From NCBI GenBank assembly GCA_964636285.1, contig CAZWQF010000002.1, positions 73,669 to 137,668 on the forward strand: 64,000 bases of DNA, in the 5' to 3' direction. Below the pieces are notes generated by a model. That model did not search any database. It saw only the letters and a list, made by a program, of their open reading frames with translations, and had not been told where the DNA came from. Positions 38,669-48,862 of the stretch are shown in pieces (the first letter of the stretch is position 1; every line of letters begins with the position of its first letter). Source of the DNA: an uncultured Candidatus Saccharibacteria bacterium (GTDB taxonomy: Bacteria > Patescibacteriota > WWE3 > UBA101185 > 2-01-FULL-41-18). The position numbers and the translations under genes are program-made.

Positions 38669-40021
38669 TCAGGATACAGAAGTACCGGTAAGCTCCTTTT
38701 TTCTGAGTAGGTGGTGATACCGCCTAGCAAACCTGTGTGCCTCATCTCTTAGTGCCATAAGGTGCTTTAACCCTTCGTTTTCAAAAGGTAAAGTAACCTC
38801 ATGAAACTGCTCATTTTGAAAATAAACTATGGTTTCAAATCTTTTTGCTAATCCTATTACAGGAATATCAAGCAGTGATAACCCTAATACCTTTATTGCC
38901 ACAGAAAGCTGGCCTTTTCCTCCATCTATCACAAGTAGGTCAGGAAGACCCCAGGATTCTTTGTCTTTTGTTCTGCTAAATCTCCTTGTAAGAGCTTCAC
39001 GAATCATCCAAAAGTCGTCAGGTGTGTCCTTAGTTTTTATCCTAAAATGTTTGAACTGCTTATTTGTGATCTTTCCCCCAATCGATACAACCATAGATGC
39101 CGTTGCTGCTTTACCCGAAAGATTTGCTATATCAAAGCACTCAATTCTTTCAGGTATGGTGGAGAGCACAGGAATATTCTTCTTTAACTCCTCCAAAGCC
39201 TCAGACCTTATATCTTCAATTAGATTAGGGTTTGCAATATAAGATTCCGAGCCCTTGAATCGCTGAGATACATACTCATATTTTTTAACAAGGTCTCTGT
39301 AGTATGCGGCAAGCTCAAAATTCTCATTTTTGGAATTTTTCATCATTAGATTTTTATAGTTTTTTACAAACTGCGACCCTTTACCCTTGAGGATTACGGC
39401 TAGTGATCTAATGTTTTTTTGGTACTCATGTTCGGAAATTCGTGAAATACATGGCGCTGGACAGAGACCTATGTGGCCATATAAACATGGGGATCCTAGT
39501 TTTTTGTACTTTTCAAATTTGGATGATGTGCAGTCCCTAAAAGGTACAATTCTTCGTAAACTCCTAATCACGTCTTTAACTGTGGTGCTATCTGGGAATG
39601 GACCAAAAATTTGAGCGTCTTTGGAAGAAAGGGCTTTTACGTCAGTGATTCTACCCTGCTCAAGAACCGCAAATTTGCCAGATGAGGTTGAAGCGTTATT
39701 AATGATTATGTACTTATAGGATTTATCATCTTTTAAGTTGATATTAAACTTTGGCTTATACCTTTTAATGAGGTCTGCCTCCAAAATAAGTGCTTCAAGC
39801 TCGCTTTGTACTTCTATGTAACTCATGTCCTCTATATTTTCCACAAGGTTTTTTGTCTTAGTTCCCAGCTCAATGTTTTTTATAAAGTAAGAACCAACTC
39901 TGTCTCTCAATGACTTTGCCTTCCCAACATAAATTATCTTTTTATTTTGATCTTTGTATAAGTAAACTCCCGGGACTTTTGGAAGGGATTTTACTTTGTC
40001 CATAAGCATTGCTGACGCCAT
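38669..40021 (-). CDS. uvrC: Excinuclease ABC subunit C, short form lacking the C-terminal (HhH)2 domain
   Basis: GIY-YIG motif PGVYLY...IIYVGKAKSLRDRV. UvrB-interaction region ELAAYYRDLVKKYEY. RNase-H-like endonuclease domain IECFDIANLSG...LPDLLVIDGGKGQL. Confidence 0.85.
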   Translation of the reverse strand: MASAMLMDKVKSLPKVPGVYLYKDQNKKIIYVGKAKSLRDRVGSYFIKNIELGTKTKNLVENIEDMSYIEVQSELEALILEADLIKRYKPKFNINLKDDKSYKYIIINNASTSSGKFAVLEQGRITDVKALSSKDAQIFGPFPDSTTVKDVIRSLRRIVPFRDCTSSKFEKYKKLGSPCLYGHIGLCPAPCISRISEHEYQKNIRSLAVILKGKGSQFVKNYKNLMMKNSKNENFELAAYYRDLVKKYEYVSQRFKGSESYIANPNLIEDIRSEALEELKKNIPVLSTIPERIECFDIANLSGKAATASMVVSIGGKITNKQFKHFRIKTKDTPDDFWMIREALTRRFSRTKDKESWGLPDLLVIDGGKGQLSVAIKVLGLSLLDIPVIGLAKRFETIVYFQNEQFHEVTLPFENEGLKHLMALRDEAHRFARRYHHLLRKKELTGTSVS

Positions 40022-40062
40022 AAGGGTATTGTATCATTAGCAAAGTCCTCTTTATTAAGAGT

Positions 40063-41922
40063 GTGCCCACCATGAAAAAAGCATTCAATTGGATTTTCCT
40101 TTTCATATTCTTTGCTCGAATAAATCACACAGCACATGCTTTTGACTTCACAACGTCATATAAAGTAGATTACAAAATTAATAAGGACCTTGAAGCAACA
40201 ATTAAACAAAACCTTACTATAAGAAACCTATCAAATAACATCTTCCCAACCGAATATAATTTTAAAATTAATACAATCAAGATCTTTGATGTTGAGGCTT
40301 ATGAAGGCTCGGATAAGCTTAAAACGGATGTTTCAGATGAAAACGGCTCTACAAAAATCAATGTAAACTTTAAAAACGAAGTAATAGGGGAAGGAAAAGA
40401 CTATGACTGGGATTTAATATACAAAACCAAGGATATTGCATCAAGAAATGGCTCGATTACAGACATAATCATTCCAAAATTTTCAGTTCCAGATAATATT
40501 TCATCTTACGAGGTTAGGCTAATAGTCCCAAAGGAGTTTGGTCAGGTCACATACATTAGCCCCAAACCAGCTACCAGCTCAGAGGATAAAGAAAACATCG
40601 TCTATCAATTCTCACTGGATCAAATTAAAAATTCGCCAATAAGTGCGTCCTTTGGCAGTTTTCAGACATTTAATTACAAGCTTTCCTATTCGTTACAAAA
40701 CAACAGCTTCTTTTCAACCGAAAAGTCAATTGCAATACCTCCAGACATTCAAGGCAAGCAACAAATTCAGCAAACATCTTTTTCTGTAGAGCCTACAAGA
40801 GTACAAATAGACGATGACGGAAATTACATTGCCTTCTTTAAAGTTCCAGCAAAAACTAGCCTCACGGTAGAGATTCTTGGTAGAGCCAAAGTAACTAACA
40901 AACCAATTGATATATCAAAGGGAGGTAAGGTTTCAGAGATCCCAACTGCAATTTTACTTGAATATACAAAAAGCCAAAAATACTGGGAAACAAACAACAG
41001 CTCAATAAAGGCGCAAGCAGACAAACTTAAAGACCAAAGTGGACTCGTTATTCCTCAGACAAAAAAAGTATATGAATTTGTTATAGAAACACTTAAATAT
41101 AAAAACGAAAAAAACCTCAATAATACGGTTTCACGATTAGGTGCAAAAAAAGCATTGGAAAACCCTAACGAAGCAATATGCATGGAGTATGTTGACTTGT
41201 TCATTGCGTTAGCAAGAAGCTTAGGAATTCCAGCAAGAGAAGTGAACGGGTATGCATACAGTAATAGCAACCCATTCAAACCGATTTCGGTTAATTTGAA
41301 GGGTGGAGATGTTCTTCATGCTTGGGCAGAATTTTATGACCCCAAACTTGGCTGGATTCAAGTAGATCCAACTTGGGGATCTACTTCAAAGCAGGATTAT
41401 TTCACCAAACTGGACACAAACCACCTAGCTTTTGTAATAAAGGGGATCTCCTCTGAATACCCACTTCCTGCAGGTGCTTACAAAGATGCTTCAAAAGAAA
41501 ACAGACAAGTTGATGTAGCTTTTACAGAAAATGAAACTAAGCCTGTGGAACAAACAGTTGAAATAAAAGCATACAAATCAAATGGCTTTAGTCCTACAAA
41601 TATGTTTTCAAAGAAAGTTTCTGCATTAGTATTTAACAACGGAAGCACCGCAATATTTAACGTTGAGTCAACACAAAGAGCAGTTCCTCCCAAAGGCATT
41701 ATCAAAGTAGATCTTACCGAGTCAAATGGAAAAGTTCAGGTAATGTTTGAAGACTTTTCCGGCAATAAAACTGTTAAAGAGGTTACTCTTGATAAGCTAC
41801 CCCAAAGTTTGAGACCAGTAACCACTACTTACTACTTATTTTTTCCAGCTCTTCTTTTAGCACCTGTGCTGTGTATGATTTTGTACTTTTTAGTAATTCG
41901 GAAACGGAACCCTCAAAAATAA
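40063..41922 (+). CDS. Exported transglutaminase-like (papain-fold cysteine protease superfamily) protein with signal peptide and C-terminal TM anchor
   Basis: Signal peptide IFLFIFFARINHTAHA. Transglutaminase-core Cys in EAICMEYVDLFIALARSLGIPAR, and His/Asp in HAWAEFYD...WIQVDPTWG. C-terminus: RPVTTT + hydrophobic helix + RKRNPQK. Confidence 0.65.
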   Translation: MPTMKKAFNWIFLFIFFARINHTAHAFDFTTSYKVDYKINKDLEATIKQNLTIRNLSNNIFPTEYNFKINTIKIFDVEAYEGSDKLKTDVSDENGSTKINVNFKNEVIGEGKDYDWDLIYKTKDIASRNGSITDIIIPKFSVPDNISSYEVRLIVPKEFGQVTYISPKPATSSEDKENIVYQFSLDQIKNSPISASFGSFQTFNYKLSYSLQNNSFFSTEKSIAIPPDIQGKQQIQQTSFSVEPTRVQIDDDGNYIAFFKVPAKTSLTVEILGRAKVTNKPIDISKGGKVSEIPTAILLEYTKSQKYWETNNSSIKAQADKLKDQSGLVIPQTKKVYEFVIETLKYKNEKNLNNTVSRLGAKKALENPNEAICMEYVDLFIALARSLGIPAREVNGYAYSNSNPFKPISVNLKGGDVLHAWAEFYDPKLGWIQVDPTWGSTSKQDYFTKLDTNHLAFVIKGISSEYPLPAGAYKDASKENRQVDVAFTENETKPVEQTVEIKAYKSNGFSPTNMFSKKVSALVFNNGSTAIFNVESTQRAVPPKGIIKVDLTESNGKVQVMFEDFSGNKTVKEVTLDKLPQSLRPVTTTYYLFFPALLLAPVLCMILYFLVIRKRNPQK

Positions 41923-44782
41923 GTTCCCCTCCTTTGTCACCACCTTCGGGCCCAAGATCAATTACGTAATCTGCATTTCTGATTACATCAAGGTTATGCT
42001 CTATTACTACAACAGTATTGCCTTTTCCAACAAGCCTCTTAAGAATTGCGATCAACCTTTCAAGATCTGAAAAATGTAAACCTGTTGTTGGCTCATCCAA
42101 AATATATAGGGTCCTTCCAGTAGATCTCTTTGATAGTTCTGTAGCTAGCTTAACTCGTTGAGCTTCCCCTCCAGATAATGTAGGGGCGGGCTGACCAAGT
42201 CTTAAGTATGAAAGGCCAACATCGTAAAGAGTTTCTAGTTTATTTCTGATTTGAGTATTTGCCGCAAAAAAAGTAAGTGCCTCCTCAATAGTCATATTGA
42301 GAACATCGCTTATATTTTTTCCTTTAAAGTAAATCTCTAGCGCTTCTCTATTGTATCTTTTTCCTTCGCAGACTTCACAGTTTACATAGACATCTGGCAT
42401 AAACTGCATTTCAATTTTTATCTGCCCTTCGCCACCACAAGCTTCACATCTTCCACCTTTAACGTTAAAACTAAACCTTCCTTGATTGTAACCTCTTAGC
42501 TTTGCTTCAGTGGTTTGGGCAAACAAATCCCTGATAAAATCAAAGGTCTTTGTATATGTTGCAGCATTAGATTTTGGAGTCCTACCAATTGGAGACTGAT
42601 CTATGTCAATCACACTATCAAGGTGCTCAAAACCAAGAATGCCCGCACATGGGGAAGGTTTTTCTTCATTCTTAAGTCCATATTCCTGCCTAAGGGATCT
42701 TAAAAGAGTTTCATTAATGAGAGTTGATTTTCCAGATCCAGAAACACCTGTTATACAGACCAGTTTTCCAAGAGGAATTGATACATTTATTTTTTTAAGA
42801 TTGTGCCCAGATGCACCTATAATCTTAAGCTGTTTAGAACCTGAGTCATCCCTAGTCCCGTCACTATATTTAAATCTCAAATCACTTTTTAGAGATAAAT
42901 CCTCTGATCCAACAATCTTTTTCCCAGATAAATATTTTCCAGTTATAGACTTTGGATCCTTCATAACTTCCGTAGGTGTACCAGCAGAAATGACTTTACC
43001 TCCGTGCTCTCCAGCACCAGGTCCAAAATCTACAATATAATCAGATGAAAGCATGGTCTCCATGTCGTGCTCAACTACAACCACAGTGTTTCCTAAGTCT
43101 CTTAGATGTTTGAGGGTATCAATAAGCTTATTTTGATCCCTTTGGTGCAGCCCAATTGAAGGCTCATCAAGAACATAAAGAACTCCTGATAACCCCGAGC
43201 CAATCTGAGATGCCAACCTAATTCTCTGAGCTTCGCCACCTGCAAGTGTTGCCGATGCCCTATCCACAGTCAAATAGTCCAAACCAACGTCTATCAAAAA
43301 CTTAAGCCTTGAGAGAATTTCTTTTATGATTGGCTTTGCGATTGTTGATTCTTTTTCAGAAAGAATTTTGTTCTTTACTAGGCTGTTAATCCATGCAAAA
43401 GAATCTCCAATTGAAAATGAGGACACTTGAGAAATACTTAGCTTGTCTATTGAAATCGAAAGGGCCTCGCTCTTAAGCCTACAACCCTTACAAAGCGGAC
43501 AAGGTTCTTTTACCATGTATTTTTCAATTTCATTTCTCACATAGTCAGATGAAGTTTCCTTGTAACGCCTTTCCAAATTTGGAATTACCCCTTCGTACCT
43601 TGCATTAAAAATCCCATCTCTTCCTTTAACCTTAAAAACTTTTTCTTCAACCCCGTACATCAAGATGTTTCTGGCTTCTTTAGATAGATCTTTTATCGGA
43701 ATGTTTAGATCGAATTTGTATTCGGAAGCAACTGCCTCAACCACTTTTAACATCCAAGAAGAGTGCTCAAACATTTTTGACCAAGGAAAAACCCCACCCT
43801 CCATTACCGACAGGTTTGGATTTATAACAACATTAGGATCTACTTTAAGTTGTGTTCCTAATCCATCACAATCAGGGCAAGCGCCATGAGGAGAGTTAAA
43901 TGAAAAGTTTCTAGGTTCAATCTCTGGAAACGAAATACCGCACGAAGGGCATGCAAATTTTTCTGAATAAAGCTTATCTTCAAACTCTTTAGGAAATTCC
44001 GGAAAATCAAATGACGAATCTTTGACCTCAGCAACAACAATGTTTCCATTTCCAAACTTAAGACCTGCCTCAACTGAAGTATATAGTCTTGTGAACAAAT
44101 CTTTTTTTACCTGTTCATCTTTAAGTTTATCTTTTGTAATCACAACTCTATCCACCACCAACTCTATAGTATGTTTATTTGTTTTAATAAGATCAAAGTC
44201 ACCTGAGAGTTTTTTTACAGCGCCATCAATTCTGGCATAGGTATAACCTTGCTTTCTAAGGTTTTCAAAAAGTGATGAGTATTCTCCTTTTCTATCCTTA
44301 ACTACCGGTGCTAACAACAGGTACCTTGTACCTTTTGGAGCAGGCTTTTCGTTTAGTATGTGCTCTACAATTTGCTGAGATGACTGTTGACTAATCTCTC
44401 TTCCGCACTGAGGGCAATGGGGATGCCCAACTCTAGCAAATAGAAGTCTTAAATAATCATAGATTTCAGTGACCGTTCCAACTGTTGACCTTGGATTATG
44501 AGATGTAGTTTTTTGATCTATAGCTATTGCCGGAGAAAGACCTTCAATATATTCAACATCAGGTTTATCCATTACTCCTAGAAACTGCCGTGCATAAGCC
44601 GAAAGGCTCTCAACGTACCTTCTTTGACCTTCAGCATAAATGGTATCCATTGCCATAGAGGATTTACCGGACCCAGATACACCGGTAAATACTACGAATT
44701 TATTCTTTGGGATCTCAAGATCAACATTTTTGAGGTTATGCTGCTTTGCACCCTTTATGACAATTTTGTCGTGGACGGTCAT
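41825..44782 (-). CDS. uvrA: Excinuclease ABC subunit A
   Basis: Two ABC modules (Walker A GVSGSGKSS and GVSGSGKST). Zinc fingers CPSCG / CPDCDG / CEACGG. 985 aa. Confidence 0.97.
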   Translation of the reverse strand: MTVHDKIVIKGAKQHNLKNVDLEIPKNKFVVFTGVSGSGKSSMAMDTIYAEGQRRYVESLSAYARQFLGVMDKPDVEYIEGLSPAIAIDQKTTSHNPRSTVGTVTEIYDYLRLLFARVGHPHCPQCGREISQQSSQQIVEHILNEKPAPKGTRYLLLAPVVKDRKGEYSSLFENLRKQGYTYARIDGAVKKLSGDFDLIKTNKHTIELVVDRVVITKDKLKDEQVKKDLFTRLYTSVEAGLKFGNGNIVVAEVKDSSFDFPEFPKEFEDKLYSEKFACPSCGISFPEIEPRNFSFNSPHGACPDCDGLGTQLKVDPNVVINPNLSVMEGGVFPWSKMFEHSSWMLKVVEAVASEYKFDLNIPIKDLSKEARNILMYGVEEKVFKVKGRDGIFNARYEGVIPNLERRYKETSSDYVRNEIEKYMVKEPCPLCKGCRLKSEALSISIDKLSISQVSSFSIGDSFAWINSLVKNKILSEKESTIAKPIIKEILSRLKFLIDVGLDYLTVDRASATLAGGEAQRIRLASQIGSGLSGVLYVLDEPSIGLHQRDQNKLIDTLKHLRDLGNTVVVVEHDMETMLSSDYIVDFGPGAGEHGGKVISAGTPTEVMKDPKSITGKYLSGKKIVGSEDLSLKSDLRFKYSDGTRDDSGSKQLKIIGASGHNLKKINVSIPLGKLVCITGVSGSGKSTLINETLLRSLRQEYGLKNEEKPSPCAGILGFEHLDSVIDIDQSPIGRTPKSNAATYTKTFDFIRDLFAQTTEAKLRGYNQGRFSFNVKGGRCEACGGEGQIKIEMQFMPDVYVNCEVCEGKRYNREALEIYFKGKNISDVLNMTIEEALTFFAANTQIRNKLETLYDVGLSYLRLGQPAPTLSGGEAQRVKLATELSKRSTGRTLYILDEPTTGLHFSDLERLIAILKRLVGKGNTVVVIEHNLDVIRNADYVIDLGPEGGDKGGELIFEGSVSELLKSTKSYTAQVLKEELEKISSK

Positions 44783-44824
44783 AGACCATAGGATTATACG
44801 GTATTTCTTCGGTTATTGTAAAGA

Positions 44825-45577
44825 CTACTTACCGCTAAAAAAAGAGACAAAGTCATTAAGATTGAATCTACCTTTTTTGGATGCCCCTTGCTCGGACGAG
44901 AACCTAACAATTTCCGATTTTAGAGGGAGCTTGTTCTCCAAAAGCCTACCAATGTACTCAACCATTGCAATTGCGTCATCATAGTTTGTCTTCTTTGGAG
45001 CTAAGACTCCAAGGTAACCTGATTTCAAATATTCCCCATCGCTTAAATAGAAATACCTACTGATTAGGACACTCTCATCACTGAGGTCTTTCATCTCCTC
45101 ACTATTGTATTTAATAACTAGCGGATTAAGTGAAAAATCACTTTCTATTACAGATAGAAGATCTTCAGGTCTATCTAGCATGTTGAGCAGTCTTTTTAAA
45201 TCCCTTGCATCATGGTAGGGCTTGTGGTCTAGCAAATTACTAATACCGTGAAGGTAGTAACTCCTATCGTGTGTTACTACAAAACCTGCAGACTTTGGAA
45301 ATACTCCAAGAAGCCTTACAACTTTTGAAAAAAGTACGTCCAGGTCATTTGAGCCTCCCAATGCTGAGTCAATCTTAAGTTGAGTAACAAGTGGAAGCTT
45401 AGCCTTTCCTACAACAAACTTATCAAGGTACTGCTTTAAACTCCTTGCCGTAGGAATACCAGATATATTCATATACCCATGTTCGATGAGTAATCTTTTA
45501 TCTTCTGAACTTAGTACAAGTTCTGTATTTGATAGAAAGCTAAGTACGAGTGCTTCTACTTGTTTAGTTAGATTCAT
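44825..45577 (-). CDS. Hypothetical protein (about 250 aa from ATG 45577), no recognised domain
   Basis: ORF between uvrA and the small exported protein, same strand, 40 nt upstream of uvrA, so likely co-transcribed. The longer 45667 start overlaps the upstream gene. Confidence 0.4.
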   Translation of the reverse strand: MNLTKQVEALVLSFLSNTELVLSSEDKRLLIEHGYMNISGIPTARSLKQYLDKFVVGKAKLPLVTQLKIDSALGGSNDLDVLFSKVVRLLGVFPKSAGFVVTHDRSYYLHGISNLLDHKPYHDARDLKRLLNMLDRPEDLLSVIESDFSLNPLVIKYNSEEMKDLSDESVLISRYFYLSDGEYLKSGYLGVLAPKKTNYDDAIAMVEYIGRLLENKLPLKSEIVRFSSEQGASKKGRFNLNDFVSFFSGK

Positions 45578-45617
45578 AATTTTTAAATGGGCAGGATTTT
45601 TTTGGCAGGAAAGTAAC

Positions 45618-45902
45618 TTACTTTGAAGATGTATTTGGCAGAGTGTCCACTGGACCTCCTGTACCAAGGGATTTTCCGTTTTCGTCTTTATTCTCAGTAT
45701 CCTGGTTCAAGTTTCCTCCGTTTGCGTCTAGCTTAATCTGGTCAAGATTATCTGGGTTTGCGGATCCATTGATAGATGTTCCGCTAAAAAACCTAAGCGA
45801 ACCCCAAACTAATAAAGCAAGAAGTGCTACTCCAGCGAGTAAGTTTGCCCAGTTAGCTTTAGAGTTAAAATTTTGTATATCTTTCATTAAATTATCAAAC
45901 AC
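45618..45902 (-). CDS. Small exported/anchored protein (94 aa), Asn/Gly-rich low-complexity C-terminus
   Basis: TM/signal anchor LLAGVALLALLVWGSL, followed by a polar region rich in N, G, D and ending DTLPNTSSK. Confidence 0.4.
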   Translation of the reverse strand: MFDNLMKDIQNFNSKANWANLLAGVALLALLVWGSLRFFSGTSINGSANPDNLDQIKLDANGGNLNQDTENKDENGKSLGTGGPVDTLPNTSSK

Positions 45903-45923
45903 TTAGATTTCACCCCCTCTCAT

Positions 45924-48281
45924 TTAATCGTTTTCTTTATCTTTTTTGTCCTTATCGTCATCCTGCTTGTCGCATTCAGTCGTTTTAGGTTCAGTGCCCC
46001 TAATATACACTTCTTTCCTTCCTTTGCAATACTGCTTAACAACAATGTTATTAGGCACTGCAAACTCTTCATTCTGACTCCCGTTAAGTAAGAATGACAT
46101 TATTTTATTCCATGCAGGGGCAGCGCCTGTCAAACCCGAGGCTAAATTCTGGTTCATTGGTGCGTTGTTGTTATTCCCTACCCACACACCTACCACATAC
46201 GAAGGGGTGTAACCAACAGTATAATTATCTCTCTTTAAATCGGTCGTTCCGGTCTTTACCGCCACCGAATGCCCTGACACCTGAAGTAAATTGTTATATC
46301 CAAAAGCAGGAGTTCTTGCTAAGTTATCAGATAAAATATTTGCGATTATATACGAAGCATCCTCCGCAAGCACGCGAGTTTTATTTAGTGAGTACCTATA
46401 AACTTCTCTTCCTTTACTGTCTCTTATAAAAAGTACAGGCTTAGTTTCTGTGAACTCACCCATCCTGGCTAGAGTTCCGTACACATTAGTTAAATCAAGC
46501 AGTCTTGTTTCCTTACCCCCAAGAGTGATTGATAGTCCATAATTGCCATCCGCTTCCCAATTTTTAAGTCCCATGCTTTTTCCAAGATTTACCATGTCAT
46601 CAATATTCATTGCTCTAAGAAGTGAAACTGCAGGGATGTTATACGAGTTAGCCAAAGCCTGTCTTAGTGTTACTTTTCCGTGAAATTTACCGTCATAGTT
46701 CACAGGCTTATAGACCTCTCCATTATTCCCAGTATTTATTGCTAATGGCTTATCATCAATTAAGGAGCTTGCTTTAAATCCTTTTGTAAGTGCTAATGCA
46801 TATGTAACAGGTTTAATTGAGGAACCAGGTTGCCTTGGGGCAACAGATACATTAAATTTTCCGTCGTTTGCAGTATCAAAATAATCAACCGATCCAACCA
46901 TTGCCAAGATCTCTCCAGTTCTTGGATCAAGAACAACAGCAGCACCGTTAGATATATTTAAGTTCTTGTTTTCTTCCACCTGAGATTTAACCACTTCTTG
47001 GGCTTTGTCCTGAACTTCTAGATCAAGTGAAGTTACAATTGTTAACCCTCCAAAGTTAACAAAATGTTTTCCAAGCTCTTTCTCAAGTTCGCTTCTAACA
47101 TAATCTACAAAATGAGGAGCTCTGATGTACTCCCTTTGATCAACAAATGTGAGGGGAGTTGAAAAAGCCAAATCTGCCTCATCCTTTGTTATGTACTTGA
47201 GGTCCACCATTCTATTCAGAACAACTCTTTGCCTATCCTTTGCCAAGTTCAGTGAGCTAAAAGGTGAATAGACGCTTGGTGCAGTAGGAAGCCCTGCCAA
47301 AAGACTGGCTTCACTTAAATTTAAGTCTTTTGCAGATTTACCAAAAAATTTATTGGATGCTGTTTCAATTCCAACCATATTTCCGCCATACGGTGCATTA
47401 TTCAAATACATCTCAAGTATTTCATCCTTTGTGTAGTGGAGCTCCGTAGCAACTGACAAGACCAACTCTTTAATCTTTCTAGTCATTGTTTGCTCTGGGG
47501 ATAATAATGACATTTTCACAAGCTGCTGGGTTATTGTAGAGCCGCCTTGAATATTATCTTTGACCAATGTTTGATAAGCAGCTCTTATAATCCCTGATAT
47601 TTGAAAGCCATAGTGTGAATAAAACCCATCATCCTCAATTGCCAATGTTGCTTTCACAAGTGTTGGTGAGATTTTACTTAAACTAACGGGTTCTGAAATT
47701 TTCTCTGGGCAAATTTCGTAGAGCAAAACTTGTTTTCTATCTACAATTTTGGTACACCTATAGACTGCATCCGCTAATAACGAAGGGTCTGGCAGCTGCC
47801 TGTACCAAGATAAGAACATCGCGGGAATAAATATTAACATTGCCGAAAAAATAGTCCCAAGTGCAAACCAGGATATTTTATGAGCAAAAAAAGGATTTGC
47901 TTTTTTCTTAGCAGGTCTTCCACGTTTTTTTGTTTTAATGTGATTTAGTTTTGAAAATAAAAATTTAAGCTTATTAGTATTTCTTGTGACAAAATCTTTT
48001 ACTTTGTTTATTACAGGAACTTTCAAAAAAAATAAGCTGACATGTTTGTTTAAAAAGTATGTTGAAATCGAGAATAGTTTATGTCCCCTTATTACATCTG
48101 CCACCTGAGCAAAAAACTTTGGTGCTGCAAGTGCAACTTCTCCCCACCAAACAATAAAATCAAGGGTAAATTTAACCAAAATGCTTTCATTCTTTTGATG
48201 CTTTCTAGATGATTTTTTCGGCATTATGGTTTCCTTTCTCTCTTGCAACAATAACCACTCTCTTCTCGTCATCTTCTCCAT
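45924..48281 (-). CDS. mrcA: Class A penicillin-binding protein (bifunctional GT51 transglycosylase + transpeptidase)
   Basis: GT51 motif AIEDDGFYSHYGF. Transpeptidase SxxK (PGSSIKP) and KTG (VKTGTT). The N-terminal cytoplasmic extension is long; the true start may be the internal ATG near 48224. Confidence 0.9.
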   Translation of the reverse strand: MEKMTRREWLLLQERKETIMPKKSSRKHQKNESILVKFTLDFIVWWGEVALAAPKFFAQVADVIRGHKLFSISTYFLNKHVSLFFLKVPVINKVKDFVTRNTNKLKFLFSKLNHIKTKKRGRPAKKKANPFFAHKISWFALGTIFSAMLIFIPAMFLSWYRQLPDPSLLADAVYRCTKIVDRKQVLLYEICPEKISEPVSLSKISPTLVKATLAIEDDGFYSHYGFQISGIIRAAYQTLVKDNIQGGSTITQQLVKMSLLSPEQTMTRKIKELVLSVATELHYTKDEILEMYLNNAPYGGNMVGIETASNKFFGKSAKDLNLSEASLLAGLPTAPSVYSPFSSLNLAKDRQRVVLNRMVDLKYITKDEADLAFSTPLTFVDQREYIRAPHFVDYVRSELEKELGKHFVNFGGLTIVTSLDLEVQDKAQEVVKSQVEENKNLNISNGAAVVLDPRTGEILAMVGSVDYFDTANDGKFNVSVAPRQPGSSIKPVTYALALTKGFKASSLIDDKPLAINTGNNGEVYKPVNYDGKFHGKVTLRQALANSYNIPAVSLLRAMNIDDMVNLGKSMGLKNWEADGNYGLSITLGGKETRLLDLTNVYGTLARMGEFTETKPVLFIRDSKGREVYRYSLNKTRVLAEDASYIIANILSDNLARTPAFGYNNLLQVSGHSVAVKTGTTDLKRDNYTVGYTPSYVVGVWVGNNNNAPMNQNLASGLTGAAPAWNKIMSFLLNGSQNEEFAVPNNIVVKQYCKGRKEVYIRGTEPKTTECDKQDDDKDKKDKEND

Positions 48282-48762
48282 AGCATGTTAGTAATATCAA
48301 ACTCTTACCAAAATTTCTGTTAAGAAAACTAACATCCTTAGGATCTACATAAAATCTCCTAGAAACTTCAAACTGGTACCATATATCAGAGGATCTGGCC
48401 AAAATTAGATCCCCTGCCTTGAGTTTATCTATTCCTTTGAAAAGTCCAGATTTTGCATGTGCAAAAATAACAGTGTTTCCTGTAGCCATATTCAGTGGAG
48501 CCGAACCTATACCAAACGAAGCAGAATCATTAAATGTTTGCCAGGTTCCAGCTACAACTTCTGTTGGCCTAACAGGCAATTCAATTGTTAATGAAGGGAT
48601 ATAAATTTTATCTGGTCTGGAATCTTTAACTTGAAGATTTTGAGACAAAATACCATAAGGCACATCTCTAACCTGTGTTTTTGAAGCAACCTCAGGTTGT
48701 TTAAGAACGCTCGTATTTATAAAATAAGCAAGAGCTAACGCTCCCTTTAAAAAAATCTCCAT
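48205..48762 (-). CDS. Sortase-family transpeptidase
   Basis: N-terminal signal anchor. His in VIFAHAKSG. TLxTC-type catalytic Cys in LILLTCY. Conserved Arg in VIVARE. Confidence 0.7.
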   Translation of the reverse strand: MEIFLKGALALAYFINTSVLKQPEVASKTQVRDVPYGILSQNLQVKDSRPDKIYIPSLTIELPVRPTEVVAGTWQTFNDSASFGIGSAPLNMATGNTVIFAHAKSGLFKGIDKLKAGDLILARSSDIWYQFEVSRRFYVDPKDVSFLNRNFGKSLILLTCYGEDDEKRVVIVAREKGNHNAEKII

Positions 48763-48862
48763 ATAGCACTAACTGAGCGCACCGCTCCATGACAACTAAT
48801 CTCAGTTCCCGTAACGGGAAACTATAGACATTATAAGTACAACTATAAGACTAGTCAATTGG

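Noticed and set aside
44825-45577. Considered a Pol-beta-type nucleotidyltransferase assignment for the 250 aa unknown protein because of LGGSNDLDVLF.
   Set aside because: The GS and DxD elements are adjacent rather than separated by the roughly 10 residues seen in genuine NTase folds. Left as hypothetical.
48763-48862. Two short hairpins (GAGCG-CAC-CGCTC at about 48772-48786 and GTTCCCG-TAA-CGGGAAC at about 48805-48823) in the spacer between uvrB and the sortase gene. Considered a tRNA, small RNA or terminator.
   Set aside because: Cannot be folded into a tRNA cloverleaf. There is no flanking T-tract for an intrinsic terminator on either strand. The spacer is too short for a confident sRNA call. 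Probably a weak terminator or promoter-proximal structure.
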